A DNA stretch of 34,738 nt from Promethearchaeota archaeon (GCA_018238625.1 JABCSY010000039.1:1-34738); one strand, 5' to 3'. Positions 8,644-18,014 are shown, numbered from the stretch's first letter. Translations and numbers: made by a program. The notes: generated from the letters alone by a model not told the origin.

Positions 8644-10167
8644 GTGTCTTACGACTTAGAGAATTTGATGAGTATTTCTTTTATAGGAATTTTCATATTA
8701 ATTTTTCTTGTACTTATCATTAGGGATAAAAAAGAAAGCAGAAATTTAGTAATTCAAATTTTGTTAATATCTACTCTTATTTTCATAAACTCGTTTATTC
8801 GATTTCCTATATTTAACTTTATTATTTTAATTGTTATTGTCGTTTTGTTTTATTTTCTGTTAGTAGTATTACTTAAACCATACGTGTTACTCAAGAAATA
8901 TAAAAATTTGTTCTTAAAATTTCATAAGATAGCAAACGAAAATATTGAAAACTCTAAATCTTCAAATAAAGGTCTATACGATTTTCTTGTGTTAATTGTT
9001 ATATTTGGGTTAATTGGAATCGTTTTAACGACAAATGTAATGTCAATAATCTTATGGTTTTTGTTTCTCTATTTAATTTTTGGCGTAATCTTCTTCATCG
9101 ATAATTTCAAAAAAGAGTTAGAATTGTTGAAACTATATTTTATTGTTCTAATCATCAGCGCAATTTGCTTGATAGGAGCAACAATTTTAATTTATTTAGC
9201 CACCGGAAGTTTGGAGTTAGGTGTAATAAAAGGAAGTCAGATCTCTGAAGAGCTCAGTAATTTTATCTCAATCGCTTTATACTTAGGAATCGGTTTATTA
9301 TGTGGATTAGTTCCTTTCTCAATATTTCATTTGAAAAACTTTTTTCAAGATAATTCATACGCTAACTTGCTTCTTTTTTCAATTTTTATTTACATTATCC
9401 CTTTTATTGTGATTAAAATTCTTAGCGTCTTAAGCCCCGCGTCTTTGATAATCAGTTTTACGCTAATGACTCTTTTAATTTTGGGAATAATATTATCTAT
9501 GGTTTATATTATAACGGAGTTATTTACCCACATAGATGGAAATACTTATTCTATAAAAAAAATATTTGGATATTCGGTTGTGTTAGATTTTAATATGGTT
9601 TTACTATTCTTTGTATTTTCTAATCTACTAACAACCTCCATTAATGAGGTTTTTCTAAATTCTATAATTTATTTTTTACTAATTATTTTTTCTGTTAAAT
9701 TGTTAATTTTTTATACTTTATATCCTGTCATAATTAATACTTACGAAGATAACATGAAGTTATTAGGTGGCTTTAAGAAAGAGTATAGAAAATTTGGCAC
9801 GGTTATATTAGTTTCGGGTTTGATCATTATTTTGTTATTAGGCTTTTTGTTTTTAAATAAAGCTTTACCTATTCTATTTAATTATGAAGTTGTTTCTAAT
9901 TCTTTGTATTCATTAACAGCAAGTATTGTCCTAACCGTCTACATTCTTTTTCTAATAGTAATTCTCATTTTTATATCTACAACTTTCAATTACTTATACA
10001 ACCAGAATGAGGCCCAATATTTACAAAGGGATAATGCGAAAAAAATGCGTTCAATTGATTTTATGCCTATTATTGTCTTTTTCGCTATAATTATTTGTCT
10101 CAGTCTAAGCTATATCTTTATTGATAACTTCTTTTACGATTTATTCAAAGATTTCTTTTATATGTAA
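8644..10167 (+). CDS. Polytopic membrane protein, distantly like Mrp/complex I antiporter-like subunits (MnhD/NuoN-type)
   Basis: About 13-14 hydrophobic segments. LIYLATGSL, LGIGLLCGLVPF, IKKIFGYS and KLLGG echo the proton_antipo_M pattern. Confidence 0.6.
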   Translation: MSYDLENLMSISFIGIFILIFLVLIIRDKKESRNLVIQILLISTLIFINSFIRFPIFNFIILIVIVVLFYFLLVVLLKPYVLLKKYKNLFLKFHKIANENIENSKSSNKGLYDFLVLIVIFGLIGIVLTTNVMSIILWFLFLYLIFGVIFFIDNFKKELELLKLYFIVLIISAICLIGATILIYLATGSLELGVIKGSQISEELSNFISIALYLGIGLLCGLVPFSIFHLKNFFQDNSYANLLLFSIFIYIIPFIVIKILSVLSPASLIISFTLMTLLILGIILSMVYIITELFTHIDGNTYSIKKIFGYSVVLDFNMVLLFFVFSNLLTTSINEVFLNSIIYFLLIIFSVKLLIFYTLYPVIINTYEDNMKLLGGFKKEYRKFGTVILVSGLIIILLLGFLFLNKALPILFNYEVVSNSLYSLTASIVLTVYILFLIVILIFISTTFNYLYNQNEAQYLQRDNAKKMRSIDFMPIIVFFAIIICLSLSYIFIDNFFYDLFKDFFYM

Positions 10168-10197
10168 AGAATCAGCTCAAAGTTTAAAGGAGTACGC

Positions 10198-11715
10198 CTA
10201 TAAGGAGTCGTGTTTTACAAATATTTCAGCTGCTAACTCGACATCCTCAATAGTAAGAGGTCTTGCCATGGTTTTTTGTAGTTCAGTTATCAATTGTAAG
10301 CATAACTTTAAACTTAGCGAACTTCCTTTCTTTTCGATCATCCTTTGAAGCGTGCTTGATAATTCCTCACCAACCTTTTTCTCTTCAAGTATAGGTCGCT
10401 TTTCTTCAGGAATAACCAAGTTTATATCAAGCGTGATATCCTCTTTGTCCAATTCAGCTTCTTTTGACTCAACCGTAGAATCTGGTTTTGAAAATAACAT
10501 CAAATCCTCAGCTTTTTTCTCGATTTTTTGCGATGTTTGAGCTCCGTAAGTAGTTTTTGGTACTTCTGCTGACGGGGGTAGCGGAGCTTTTATCTCTGAT
10601 CTTTTTGAAGGTAAAGGCTGTACTTTAATATTTCTAGCGAACTGAATCTTTCCAGGGATTTCAAATTTCATTTTCTTGTCTGCTTTCTTCCTAAGTTCAG
10701 TTTGTTCGGCTATTCGTTTTTGTAAATCCTCTAAATTTTTCTTGAGCTCATTTATGTAAGTAAAGTCTTGATAGTTGTTACATATTTTTATCAATTCTTT
10801 ATACTTGGAAATAGCAAGTACTAAGTTTCCCTCTCTATCTAGATTTTTAGCTTCATTCAATAATTCTGTAAAATAATGAGGTAACAATTTTTTTAAACTT
10901 AGCATTTTAGCAATTAAGGATTTGATTTTTTTTTTGATGTTTACTTCTACTAAAGAAATTTCTTCAAAATGTGGAATGTTTAATTCGTTCTTTATGAGTT
11001 TAATATCTTCATCTTCAATTAAGTCGCGCTTAGTTCCGAGGATCAGTAATTTTGAAAATTTGCTTTCTTGTTTTTGCAAGTTCAAGAAGTGATTTATCAC
11101 TCGTATGTGGTAATTTGATAAATCAAATAGTAGGATGACTAAATCGGAGCCTTTTATAAATTTTGACCATAGAAGCGAGAAGTTATCTTTTAGCGCAAAA
11201 TCCCAAATGTCAAATTTTAGGTTGTCAACCACATAAATAGACGCTCTAGCAAAATTCATAATTGCACGCTCCTCATCGCTTTTCAACATGGTATAAAGCA
11301 AGGTTTTTCCTGAATTAGTTGGACCAATTATTGTAACTTTTGAGTGTAGCTCGTATTGCTGTTCTCTCAAATAATTTACGAATTCCCGCTTAATATCATT
11401 TGAGATTTTTATATCTATCGGATTTGGGAACAACTCTTTAAACTTTTTAGTTGTATTTTCTATCGATGGACCGATATAGTCAAGACTATCAACCAAGTCG
11501 GTTATAAATAAAAATAGTACATTCCCATCTGATTTGTGAAATATTTGAAAATTATCTGATACCGGCCGATGAAATATTTTACCCGGTATTGGCATTTCGA
11601 TGTAGGACTGAATAATCTTTGTCACATTATCCAACTCAGCGTCTGCTAAAGCTAAAGCGTATGTATGATTGTAAACGCAATCCTCCCCAACAAAAATATG
11701 AATTTGTCTCAGCAT
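10198..11715 (-). CDS. Multidomain small-GTPase protein: longin-like N-terminus + Ras-superfamily (Arf/Rab-like) G domain + MIT/TPR-like helices + Pro-rich linker + small helical domain
   Basis: G1 GPTNSGKT, G3-like IWDFAL, FIKGSDLVILLFD, G4 GTKRD, EEISL. The N-terminal ~120 aa have a longin-like beta/alpha pattern. LLNEAKNLDREGNLVLAISKYKELI is MIT/TPR-like. Confidence 0.82.
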   Translation of the reverse strand: MLRQIHIFVGEDCVYNHTYALALADAELDNVTKIIQSYIEMPIPGKIFHRPVSDNFQIFHKSDGNVLFLFITDLVDSLDYIGPSIENTTKKFKELFPNPIDIKISNDIKREFVNYLREQQYELHSKVTIIGPTNSGKTLLYTMLKSDEERAIMNFARASIYVVDNLKFDIWDFALKDNFSLLWSKFIKGSDLVILLFDLSNYHIRVINHFLNLQKQESKFSKLLILGTKRDLIEDEDIKLIKNELNIPHFEEISLVEVNIKKKIKSLIAKMLSLKKLLPHYFTELLNEAKNLDREGNLVLAISKYKELIKICNNYQDFTYINELKKNLEDLQKRIAEQTELRKKADKKMKFEIPGKIQFARNIKVQPLPSKRSEIKAPLPPSAEVPKTTYGAQTSQKIEKKAEDLMLFSKPDSTVESKEAELDKEDITLDINLVIPEEKRPILEEKKVGEELSSTLQRMIEKKGSSLSLKLCLQLITELQKTMARPLTIEDVELAAEIFVKHDSL

Positions 11716-12018
11716 ATTCTTTTAAAAAAAATTCTTTTTATCAACCTTAATAATTATTAGATAACACTTCCTAATATAGTTTACATTAGATTCGATTTAT
11801 TTTATATTTTAGGATATTTTTATTATTTATGTAGTGAATTAGCTTCTAACATAAGTGAATATATAATTAAGTTATAGAAAATAAAATACAAATATATTAA
11901 ATTTTAAATAATCTTTTTTCTTTTTTTGTTTAAGTGTTTAGAGATTTTTTCAAAAAATTTAACTTTTTCTTATCATTTTACTTATTAATTACAATTTCAA
12001 TATTTTAAAATCTCGATA

Positions 12019-12975
12019 ATGCCTTTGGAACAAGACCACATTGCAAATTTTCTCAAGGATAATTCAAATCCTCGACATAAATCTGAATTATTCAATCTTC
12101 TTAGAGATAGGATCGAAACGTTATGTGAGATTTGTTCAAAAGATCGTATCCGAAATGTACTCAACCCAATGTGCCATCATCGCTTTTTACTTTCATTAAG
12201 GATCCTGAATGGGTTAGGAATTGAAGACCAACCTGAATTTTGTTATGGCGTTCACAAGGATATAGTTTTTCGAGATTTTAGGAATAAAACGGTAATATAC
12301 AAGCCAAACGATGCGTATTTGTATTTAATAGATTTTTTTGATGATTTTTTCCATGGGGACTATAGAAAATTAACAAAATTCTTTTCTAAAAAAGATTTTA
12401 AAGAAGCTAATAAAATCTTTGACGATAGAATAAATAATAGAGATGAACACTTTCAATATCTATTAACCGATGATAAAAACTTTATGGTATTCAAGTACGA
12501 AGATAAGATTCATGTCGCTTTTATTAAGGAGAATTACGCTCTCTGCAACGCTACCCGAGAAAATATCACAGATTTAGAACTCTTATTTGGATTATGTAAA
12601 CTCTTCGCGCGAATTTATTTTCCAGAAATAAAGTTAAAATTGATTCCAACCAAGTGTGTAGAGATTAAAACCATTATTCCAAAAGAAACTCTTCTAAAGA
12701 TTAGCGCTACAGACCCTACAGATGAAGGTTCTAAACGAGATAGATACATATGGAATGTTTTTCCTGATGAGCTTGATACGTTAAGTCAATTTTCTAAAGA
12801 AATAAACATTTATTTAAATAAAAAGAAAGATTTGGTAATAAGATTACATATTGGCATAGAATCTGAAGGCATTCTCAACCGATCTAAACGCAATTTATTA
12901 CGTTATCGAGATTTGAGATTAATAATTAACATCCTTTATCGTTTGTATAACGATTTCTATGTACTCCATGTATAA
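12019..12975 (+). CDS. Hypothetical protein with an N-terminal Cys/His cluster
   Basis: 318-aa ORF with CEIC...CHH...CYGVH; no family recognised. Confidence 0.8.
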   Translation: MPLEQDHIANFLKDNSNPRHKSELFNLLRDRIETLCEICSKDRIRNVLNPMCHHRFLLSLRILNGLGIEDQPEFCYGVHKDIVFRDFRNKTVIYKPNDAYLYLIDFFDDFFHGDYRKLTKFFSKKDFKEANKIFDDRINNRDEHFQYLLTDDKNFMVFKYEDKIHVAFIKENYALCNATRENITDLELLFGLCKLFARIYFPEIKLKLIPTKCVEIKTIIPKETLLKISATDPTDEGSKRDRYIWNVFPDELDTLSQFSKEINIYLNKKKDLVIRLHIGIESEGILNRSKRNLLRYRDLRLIINILYRLYNDFYVLHV

Positions 12976-13016
12976 AAATAATATGATTTAAAAAAAAAGG
13001 TTATAAGTTGGTAAAA

Positions 13017-14252
13017 ATGAGCGAAAAAGACCAAAACAATCCCGAAATTACCAAAATAAAGGACTTCGTAAAAGATGGACGAATAGACGATGCAGTCAAA
13101 ATTATTGCACTCTATCTTGGAGATTCAACTCAAGAAGATTATATAGAAAGACTTGAAGATATAATCGAAATGCTGTTATCTCTCCATGGTGGACAAACAG
13201 TTTTAAGGTTTCTAATAGAGCAGTTTATTATTGACATTCCCTCTTTGTTAGAAAACCTCTCAAAGCGAGATTCAGTCTTAAGATATAGCTTTCTCTTGCT
13301 CTTGAAAACGATGTGTGAGCAAGAATGCTCCATTTTTCTCCCCCATAGTGAAGATTTATTAAGTTCTGAAGATCCAAACGTTAGAGAAGCAGTTTTACAG
13401 CTTGTAATTTTTATGGCAGGAGGAGAAAATGAGATCGAGGACGAATCGTTGATTGGAAAGATCGCTGATACCTTAACTGATGAAAAGGAATTCGTAGTTG
13501 AGAAAGGAGTTCAAGCCTTAAAAGTTATAGGTAAAAATAATCCATCCTTAGTGACCAAAATAATTACTCTTAAAGTTAAAGAGAATCCAGAGAACGAAGG
13601 ATTAAAAAAGGTAGTAGATAATGTGCTAAAAGGCGTTGTAACGGTTGAAAAAATCGATGAATTAGTTGATGATAGCGAGAAAAAGGAAATAACAGATAAG
13701 GAATTAATAGAAAAAGAAGAGGCAGAAATTATCGATAAGGAACTCGAACTAAAAAAGAAAGAAATAGAAATCAAGAAAAAAAAATTGGAATTAGAAGAGA
13801 AGGAAAAAGAAATAGAAAAGAAAATTATTCTAGAAAAGGAAAAAACACTAAAACTAAAAGAAGAAATCGTTGATCAAGAGAGCAAAGAACAACCTGACAT
13901 TGAAAGTGATGAAATCCCCAAAAAAGTAAAAAAAAAATTAAAGAAAGAAGAATCTGAAATCCTCGACAAAGAAATCCTTCTAAAAAAGAAGGATTTAGAA
14001 ATTAAAAAGAAAAAACTGGAATTAGAATTTAAAGAACGCGAGATAGAAGAGTTGGCTATAATCGAGAAAGAGAAAACTTTGAAGCTCAAAGAAGAACTAT
14101 TAGAAAAAGAAAGTGAATTATCGCAGGTAGAAATCGAATTGCATCAAAAGAAAATCGAAGAGAAAGAGAAAAAACTTTTAGAAGTTGAATTAGAAAGAGC
14201 TGCAGAAAAATTAAAGGACCTTGAAAAAGAAGATGAAAATGGCGAAGACTAA
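13017..14252 (+). CDS. HEAT/ARM-repeat protein with a long K/E coiled-coil tail (ATG 13017 preferred; track start TTG 13008)
   Basis: LLSSEDPNVREAVLQLV and LTDEKEFVVEKGVQALKVIG are HEAT-like units; the C-terminal ~190 aa are K/E/L/I-rich with an internal duplication. Confidence 0.85.
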   Translation: MSEKDQNNPEITKIKDFVKDGRIDDAVKIIALYLGDSTQEDYIERLEDIIEMLLSLHGGQTVLRFLIEQFIIDIPSLLENLSKRDSVLRYSFLLLLKTMCEQECSIFLPHSEDLLSSEDPNVREAVLQLVIFMAGGENEIEDESLIGKIADTLTDEKEFVVEKGVQALKVIGKNNPSLVTKIITLKVKENPENEGLKKVVDNVLKGVVTVEKIDELVDDSEKKEITDKELIEKEEAEIIDKELELKKKEIEIKKKKLELEEKEKEIEKKIILEKEKTLKLKEEIVDQESKEQPDIESDEIPKKVKKKLKKEESEILDKEILLKKKDLEIKKKKLELEFKEREIEELAIIEKEKTLKLKEELLEKESELSQVEIELHQKKIEEKEKKLLEVELERAAEKLKDLEKEDENGED

Positions 14253-14275
14253 TTATTTTTAACATCTACTAATTT

Positions 14276-15325
14276 CTATTCTTCTTCTTCGTCATCAACC
14301 GCATCTAAATTAATGCTTGAATCTGGTTTATTCTCGCTTATTGGCGTTACATATAATCTTTTCACAATTGCCCTAATAGTTTCTATTTTTAAACTATCAG
14401 GTGGCAAGCCTTTTTGGATGTCCTTTGCGAGCTTGTAAGCAAGTTCTATATATTTTAAATCTTCGAGAAATTCTACAATTTGTATCTTATAATCGTTATC
14501 ATCGATTCCAGATCCATATTCCAACAATTTTTCTTTCAATAAAATGTCGATTTTTTCAGTCCTCTCAAGGTAGCGTACTTTTTTAACTAATTGGTTGAAC
14601 GAATTAAAAATATTATATAATTCTGAACGGGGATAATCGTCTATATTTTTTAATATGTAAAATAAAAAAAGTTCTGCTTTTTCGTACCGTTTGATTTTTA
14701 AACTCGCTTCAAAGAGATCAAGAAGTGCTTGCTCGTAAAGAAATTTACTTTCGATATTTGGAACGATTTTATCGAAGATCCAATCAATTAAGTTTGGCTG
14801 ATTAAATCTTTCAGCAACATCAATTAAAAGTTTAATCACAGAAAAATAAAGCTTAGCATTTTCTGTTTTTGTAGCTGTTAGAAACGAAACTAACGCATAC
14901 TTGATTCGTCCCATAGCATCTTCTAAGTTAATAGGTGTTTCGGCGAACTTGTAAAATGCCGATTCTAAGATGGGTTGGATTTTTTCTCTATTTTTAAAAT
15001 CGTAAACAAAATATTCGCCCCAATTTGGACCAACTTTTTCAAGTTTTTCCACTCCTTTTTTCTCTGCTTTTTTAATTTTAACAGGTTTGGGAGTTCTCGA
15101 TTTTGATTCTTTAAACTTTTCTAACTGAACTTTTGCTTCTTCTTCAGATAAAAATTCAAGAATTATTTTGTTTTTCTCGCTTGGAACAATGATTTTAAAG
15201 AAGATTTCCTCGTCTTCGCTAAAGAGAGCTTCTCTTAATTCTTTTGGAAACGTTACACCTGTTTTAGTTTTTTTTATGATGTCCTCAAAAAAAATATCGT
15301 TAGATTTCTTCTCTTCTTGTGCCAT
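14276..15325 (-). CDS. Hypothetical protein: AbrB/MazE-like N-terminus + alpha-solenoid (TPR-like) C-terminus
   Basis: KKTKTGVTFPKELREAL...IFFKIIV...KIILE resembles a swapped-hairpin DNA-binding domain; the remainder is helical repeats with an acidic tail. Confidence 0.65.
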   Translation of the reverse strand: MAQEEKKSNDIFFEDIIKKTKTGVTFPKELREALFSEDEEIFFKIIVPSEKNKIILEFLSEEEAKVQLEKFKESKSRTPKPVKIKKAEKKGVEKLEKVGPNWGEYFVYDFKNREKIQPILESAFYKFAETPINLEDAMGRIKYALVSFLTATKTENAKLYFSVIKLLIDVAERFNQPNLIDWIFDKIVPNIESKFLYEQALLDLFEASLKIKRYEKAELFLFYILKNIDDYPRSELYNIFNSFNQLVKKVRYLERTEKIDILLKEKLLEYGSGIDDNDYKIQIVEFLEDLKYIELAYKLAKDIQKGLPPDSLKIETIRAIVKRLYVTPISENKPDSSINLDAVDDEEEE

Positions 15326-15439
15326 ATTTATCCTTAGAAAATATAATTTTTTAATTGTATGTTGTAATCCTGAGAAAATTTGTTAATTTTATTTGTGTAC
15401 AAACAATTTGGATTTGAGCTAAATTAGTTTCAAACGGTT

Positions 15440-16033
15440 TTACCCTGTTATATTTACTAATTCTACCCCTCTAACGGCGTAGTTTTTATCTATAAAACAG
15501 AGAATCGCATGTCCTTTATGGATATAAACAAGTGGAACTGGATATGATTCAGAGTCCTCAATGAAGCTTCTCTTGACTATGATCGGGAGTACTGTATTAC
15601 ATACTCTACATGGAACCATAATTTCATTGACCAAATCGAGAGAATTAAAGTCTTTAATTATTTTTTTAATCTCTTCTTTAAATGGATTGAACACAGTTAT
15701 GGAGAAGTTTCCATATTTTATGTAGGAATCAATGTCATATATTTCGTTAAAAATCTTCGAGACTTGTTCTATTAAGGCTTCCAACAATTGGTATTGAATC
15801 TCTGTATTAGAACCCGCCGTATATATTAAATTATTTAATCGTATATGGACAACTTTCAAATTACCTCTGAATAAATGAAAGAAAATATTACTAACTGGAT
15901 TCTGTTTAACAACATTTAAGTCTAAGATATAACTTTTCAATGATCTTGGGGGTTTCCATTCGAATATAGTAAATTCGTCTGTACTGATGTTTACGAACTC
16001 GAGGTTTTGCAGTATTTTCGTATAGTCTACCAT
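15440..16033 (-). CDS. Hypothetical protein: longin-like N-terminus + C-terminal CxxC/HxxH zinc-binding domain
   Basis: PCRVC...VYIHKGHAILCFIDKNYAVRG. The N-terminal part has strands followed by an amphipathic helix (LLEALIEQVSKIFNEIY). Confidence 0.6.
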   Translation of the reverse strand: MVDYTKILQNLEFVNISTDEFTIFEWKPPRSLKSYILDLNVVKQNPVSNIFFHLFRGNLKVVHIRLNNLIYTAGSNTEIQYQLLEALIEQVSKIFNEIYDIDSYIKYGNFSITVFNPFKEEIKKIIKDFNSLDLVNEIMVPCRVCNTVLPIIVKRSFIEDSESYPVPLVYIHKGHAILCFIDKNYAVRGVELVNITG

Positions 16034-16184
16034 TCAAATCAGATTGCTTAAAATTAATTTTTTTCTCGATTTAATTGAATTATTATTATTTATATTATTT
16101 AACCTTATACGCTATTATAATGATTTAAATATGTGTATATTATAAGTAGAGAATGTTATTGAAGAAAATAAAAAAAATTAGTTT

Positions 16185-17861
16185 TTATTGGATTGGATAT
16201 TTTCCGGATGTTTTTAGCGTTCTCATAATAGTTTTCATGTTGTTTACAGGTAATTCACGGGGGATTTCACATCCAAATGCCAACCAATATCCGCCTCCTT
16301 CAGCGGCTATCTTTAGTTTCTTAACACAGTCGTCAGAAACCCGTTTGGCATCAGCAATTGTGTGTAAATTATAATTTAGGTTGCCCATTATCGTAACTTC
16401 TCCTCGTAAAAGCTCTTTAGCTTTTACTAAATCAACTTGATAATCAAATTGAATTGCTCCTCCAGGATTAGTTTCTTTTGAAAAGTGTATACATTGAGGC
16501 ACATATCCACAACAATGAATTAGAGGGACCATCCCAAGTTTCTTAATCGCGTGGCACGCTTTTTTTTCCGGTTCTAAGCAAAATTCTTTGAAAAATGTGG
16601 GAGACATAAAATAAGCGGAGGTTTCTCCTACACCGATAATATCCGCACCCGCTTCATACATCGCTTTCGCGACCTCAATTTCGAAATCCGCATACCAATC
16701 CACAATTTCCTTAAATTCGTCAACATGATCAAAAATATAAAAGAGAGAGAGAGGATCAGCTCCAGATAACAAAGTAATCCCTTGAAATGGTCCTTCTGTC
16801 CAGCCAATTATAGGGACTTCGTCCCCAACTTCCTTTTTAGCTAGCTCTATAGCTTTAATTGACTCTGTTAACCTCCCAGCTTTATTTAAGTCCGGCATCT
16901 TTAGTTTTTGAAAATCTTTATACATAGTTGAGTGATTAAGTATTGGTTTTACAATTCGAGGGACATCGTCGTGAGGAAATTCGACTTTTGCTCCTAAAGC
17001 GCCCGCATACATTCCTACATCTGAAGAGAAGCATAAAGCGTCCCATCCAAAAGCTTTGTAAGCCTTCATTTGTCCTTCTACAAATTTCTCTGCTTTACTT
17101 ACATATGCAGAAAAAGGAATTTCAGCAAATTTTGCTGTGAATGTCTGAGCAAAGGGCATAAATGGAACCCTATCTGGTTCTTTATGCTTTACAGAGGTCA
17201 TAACGCGATCGTATGATGTCATTTCATCTTTTAAATCTTTAGAATATTCTTTTACTGTTTTCATCAATTCATTTACATCTTTAACGTATGCATCTACGTT
17301 GTATTTCGCAGCCATTGCTGGAGAACCCGCAGGACCGCTCAAAATAGTCCTTATTTTGTGGCGCACTCCAAGCTTCCACAATTCGTTTTCTAATTTTTCG
17401 ACTTGATCTTTTGATTGCATGAGATAAATCGCTGATGCTAGTATTCTAGCGTTAGATTCTTTAACTACTTGAGCAATTTTCTCGGGAGATACATCCGACC
17501 CCGCGTTGATTACTTCATACCCGTTAGCTTTAAGATTTGCTGATACAATATTAGTACCAATCGTCCAGGGTCCACCCATGACTCCAAGGACTATCTTCTT
17601 TTCGGGTTCTTTAGGTTCGTCAGATAAACCCAACGACTGTATTCCTACTTCAAAAGCTCCAGCTGATTTTATAATGTCGTCAAGATACATTCCTTTAATT
17701 TTATACTTCTTACTTACATCAGATAAGCCAGCTGATAAAGCTTGTATGATGTCTTCGCGTGAATCTCCTTGTCGAGAGGCCTTTCTTACTAGTTTTCCGA
17801 CACTTTTATAATCGCCCTTTGAAGTTGCTTCCGTTATTTGCTCAAGATTATCGTTTGACAT
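16185..17861 (-). CDS. Fusion of a corrinoid-protein-like domain (cap + B12-binding) and an MtaA/CmuA-type methyltransferase (uroporphyrinogen decarboxylase fold)
   Basis: The N-terminal ~210 aa resemble MtaC/MtmC (LSAGLSDVSKKY...YLDDII...IGTNIVSANLKANGYEVINAGSDVSPEKI). The C-terminal part has MTSYDRV...EPDRVP, EGPF, IHCCG, IMGNL and GCEIP. Confidence 0.9.
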   Translation of the reverse strand: MSNDNLEQITEATSKGDYKSVGKLVRKASRQGDSREDIIQALSAGLSDVSKKYKIKGMYLDDIIKSAGAFEVGIQSLGLSDEPKEPEKKIVLGVMGGPWTIGTNIVSANLKANGYEVINAGSDVSPEKIAQVVKESNARILASAIYLMQSKDQVEKLENELWKLGVRHKIRTILSGPAGSPAMAAKYNVDAYVKDVNELMKTVKEYSKDLKDEMTSYDRVMTSVKHKEPDRVPFMPFAQTFTAKFAEIPFSAYVSKAEKFVEGQMKAYKAFGWDALCFSSDVGMYAGALGAKVEFPHDDVPRIVKPILNHSTMYKDFQKLKMPDLNKAGRLTESIKAIELAKKEVGDEVPIIGWTEGPFQGITLLSGADPLSLFYIFDHVDEFKEIVDWYADFEIEVAKAMYEAGADIIGVGETSAYFMSPTFFKEFCLEPEKKACHAIKKLGMVPLIHCCGYVPQCIHFSKETNPGGAIQFDYQVDLVKAKELLRGEVTIMGNLNYNLHTIADAKRVSDDCVKKLKIAAEGGGYWLAFGCEIPRELPVNNMKTIMRTLKTSGKYPIQ

Positions 17862-17870
17862 AAATTTCCC

Positions 17871-18014
17871 TTTTAATTTTCATAATTTTCTTTTTAATTT
17901 TCATAAATAGATGAATAAATATTGCATTAAGATGTTAATAAAGCTATATTTGCAAGGCAATTTTAAACAACAGATTTTCAAAAAGCTATATATAAAACTT
18001 TGATTAAAGTATAT
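17871..18014. promoter_or_regulatory. Divergent promoter region with phased repeats and BRE/TATA-like boxes
   Basis: TTTTAATTTTCATAA at 17871-17885 and 17892-17906 (21 bp apart); AAAGCTATAT at 17940-17949 and 17982-17991. Confidence 0.5.
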
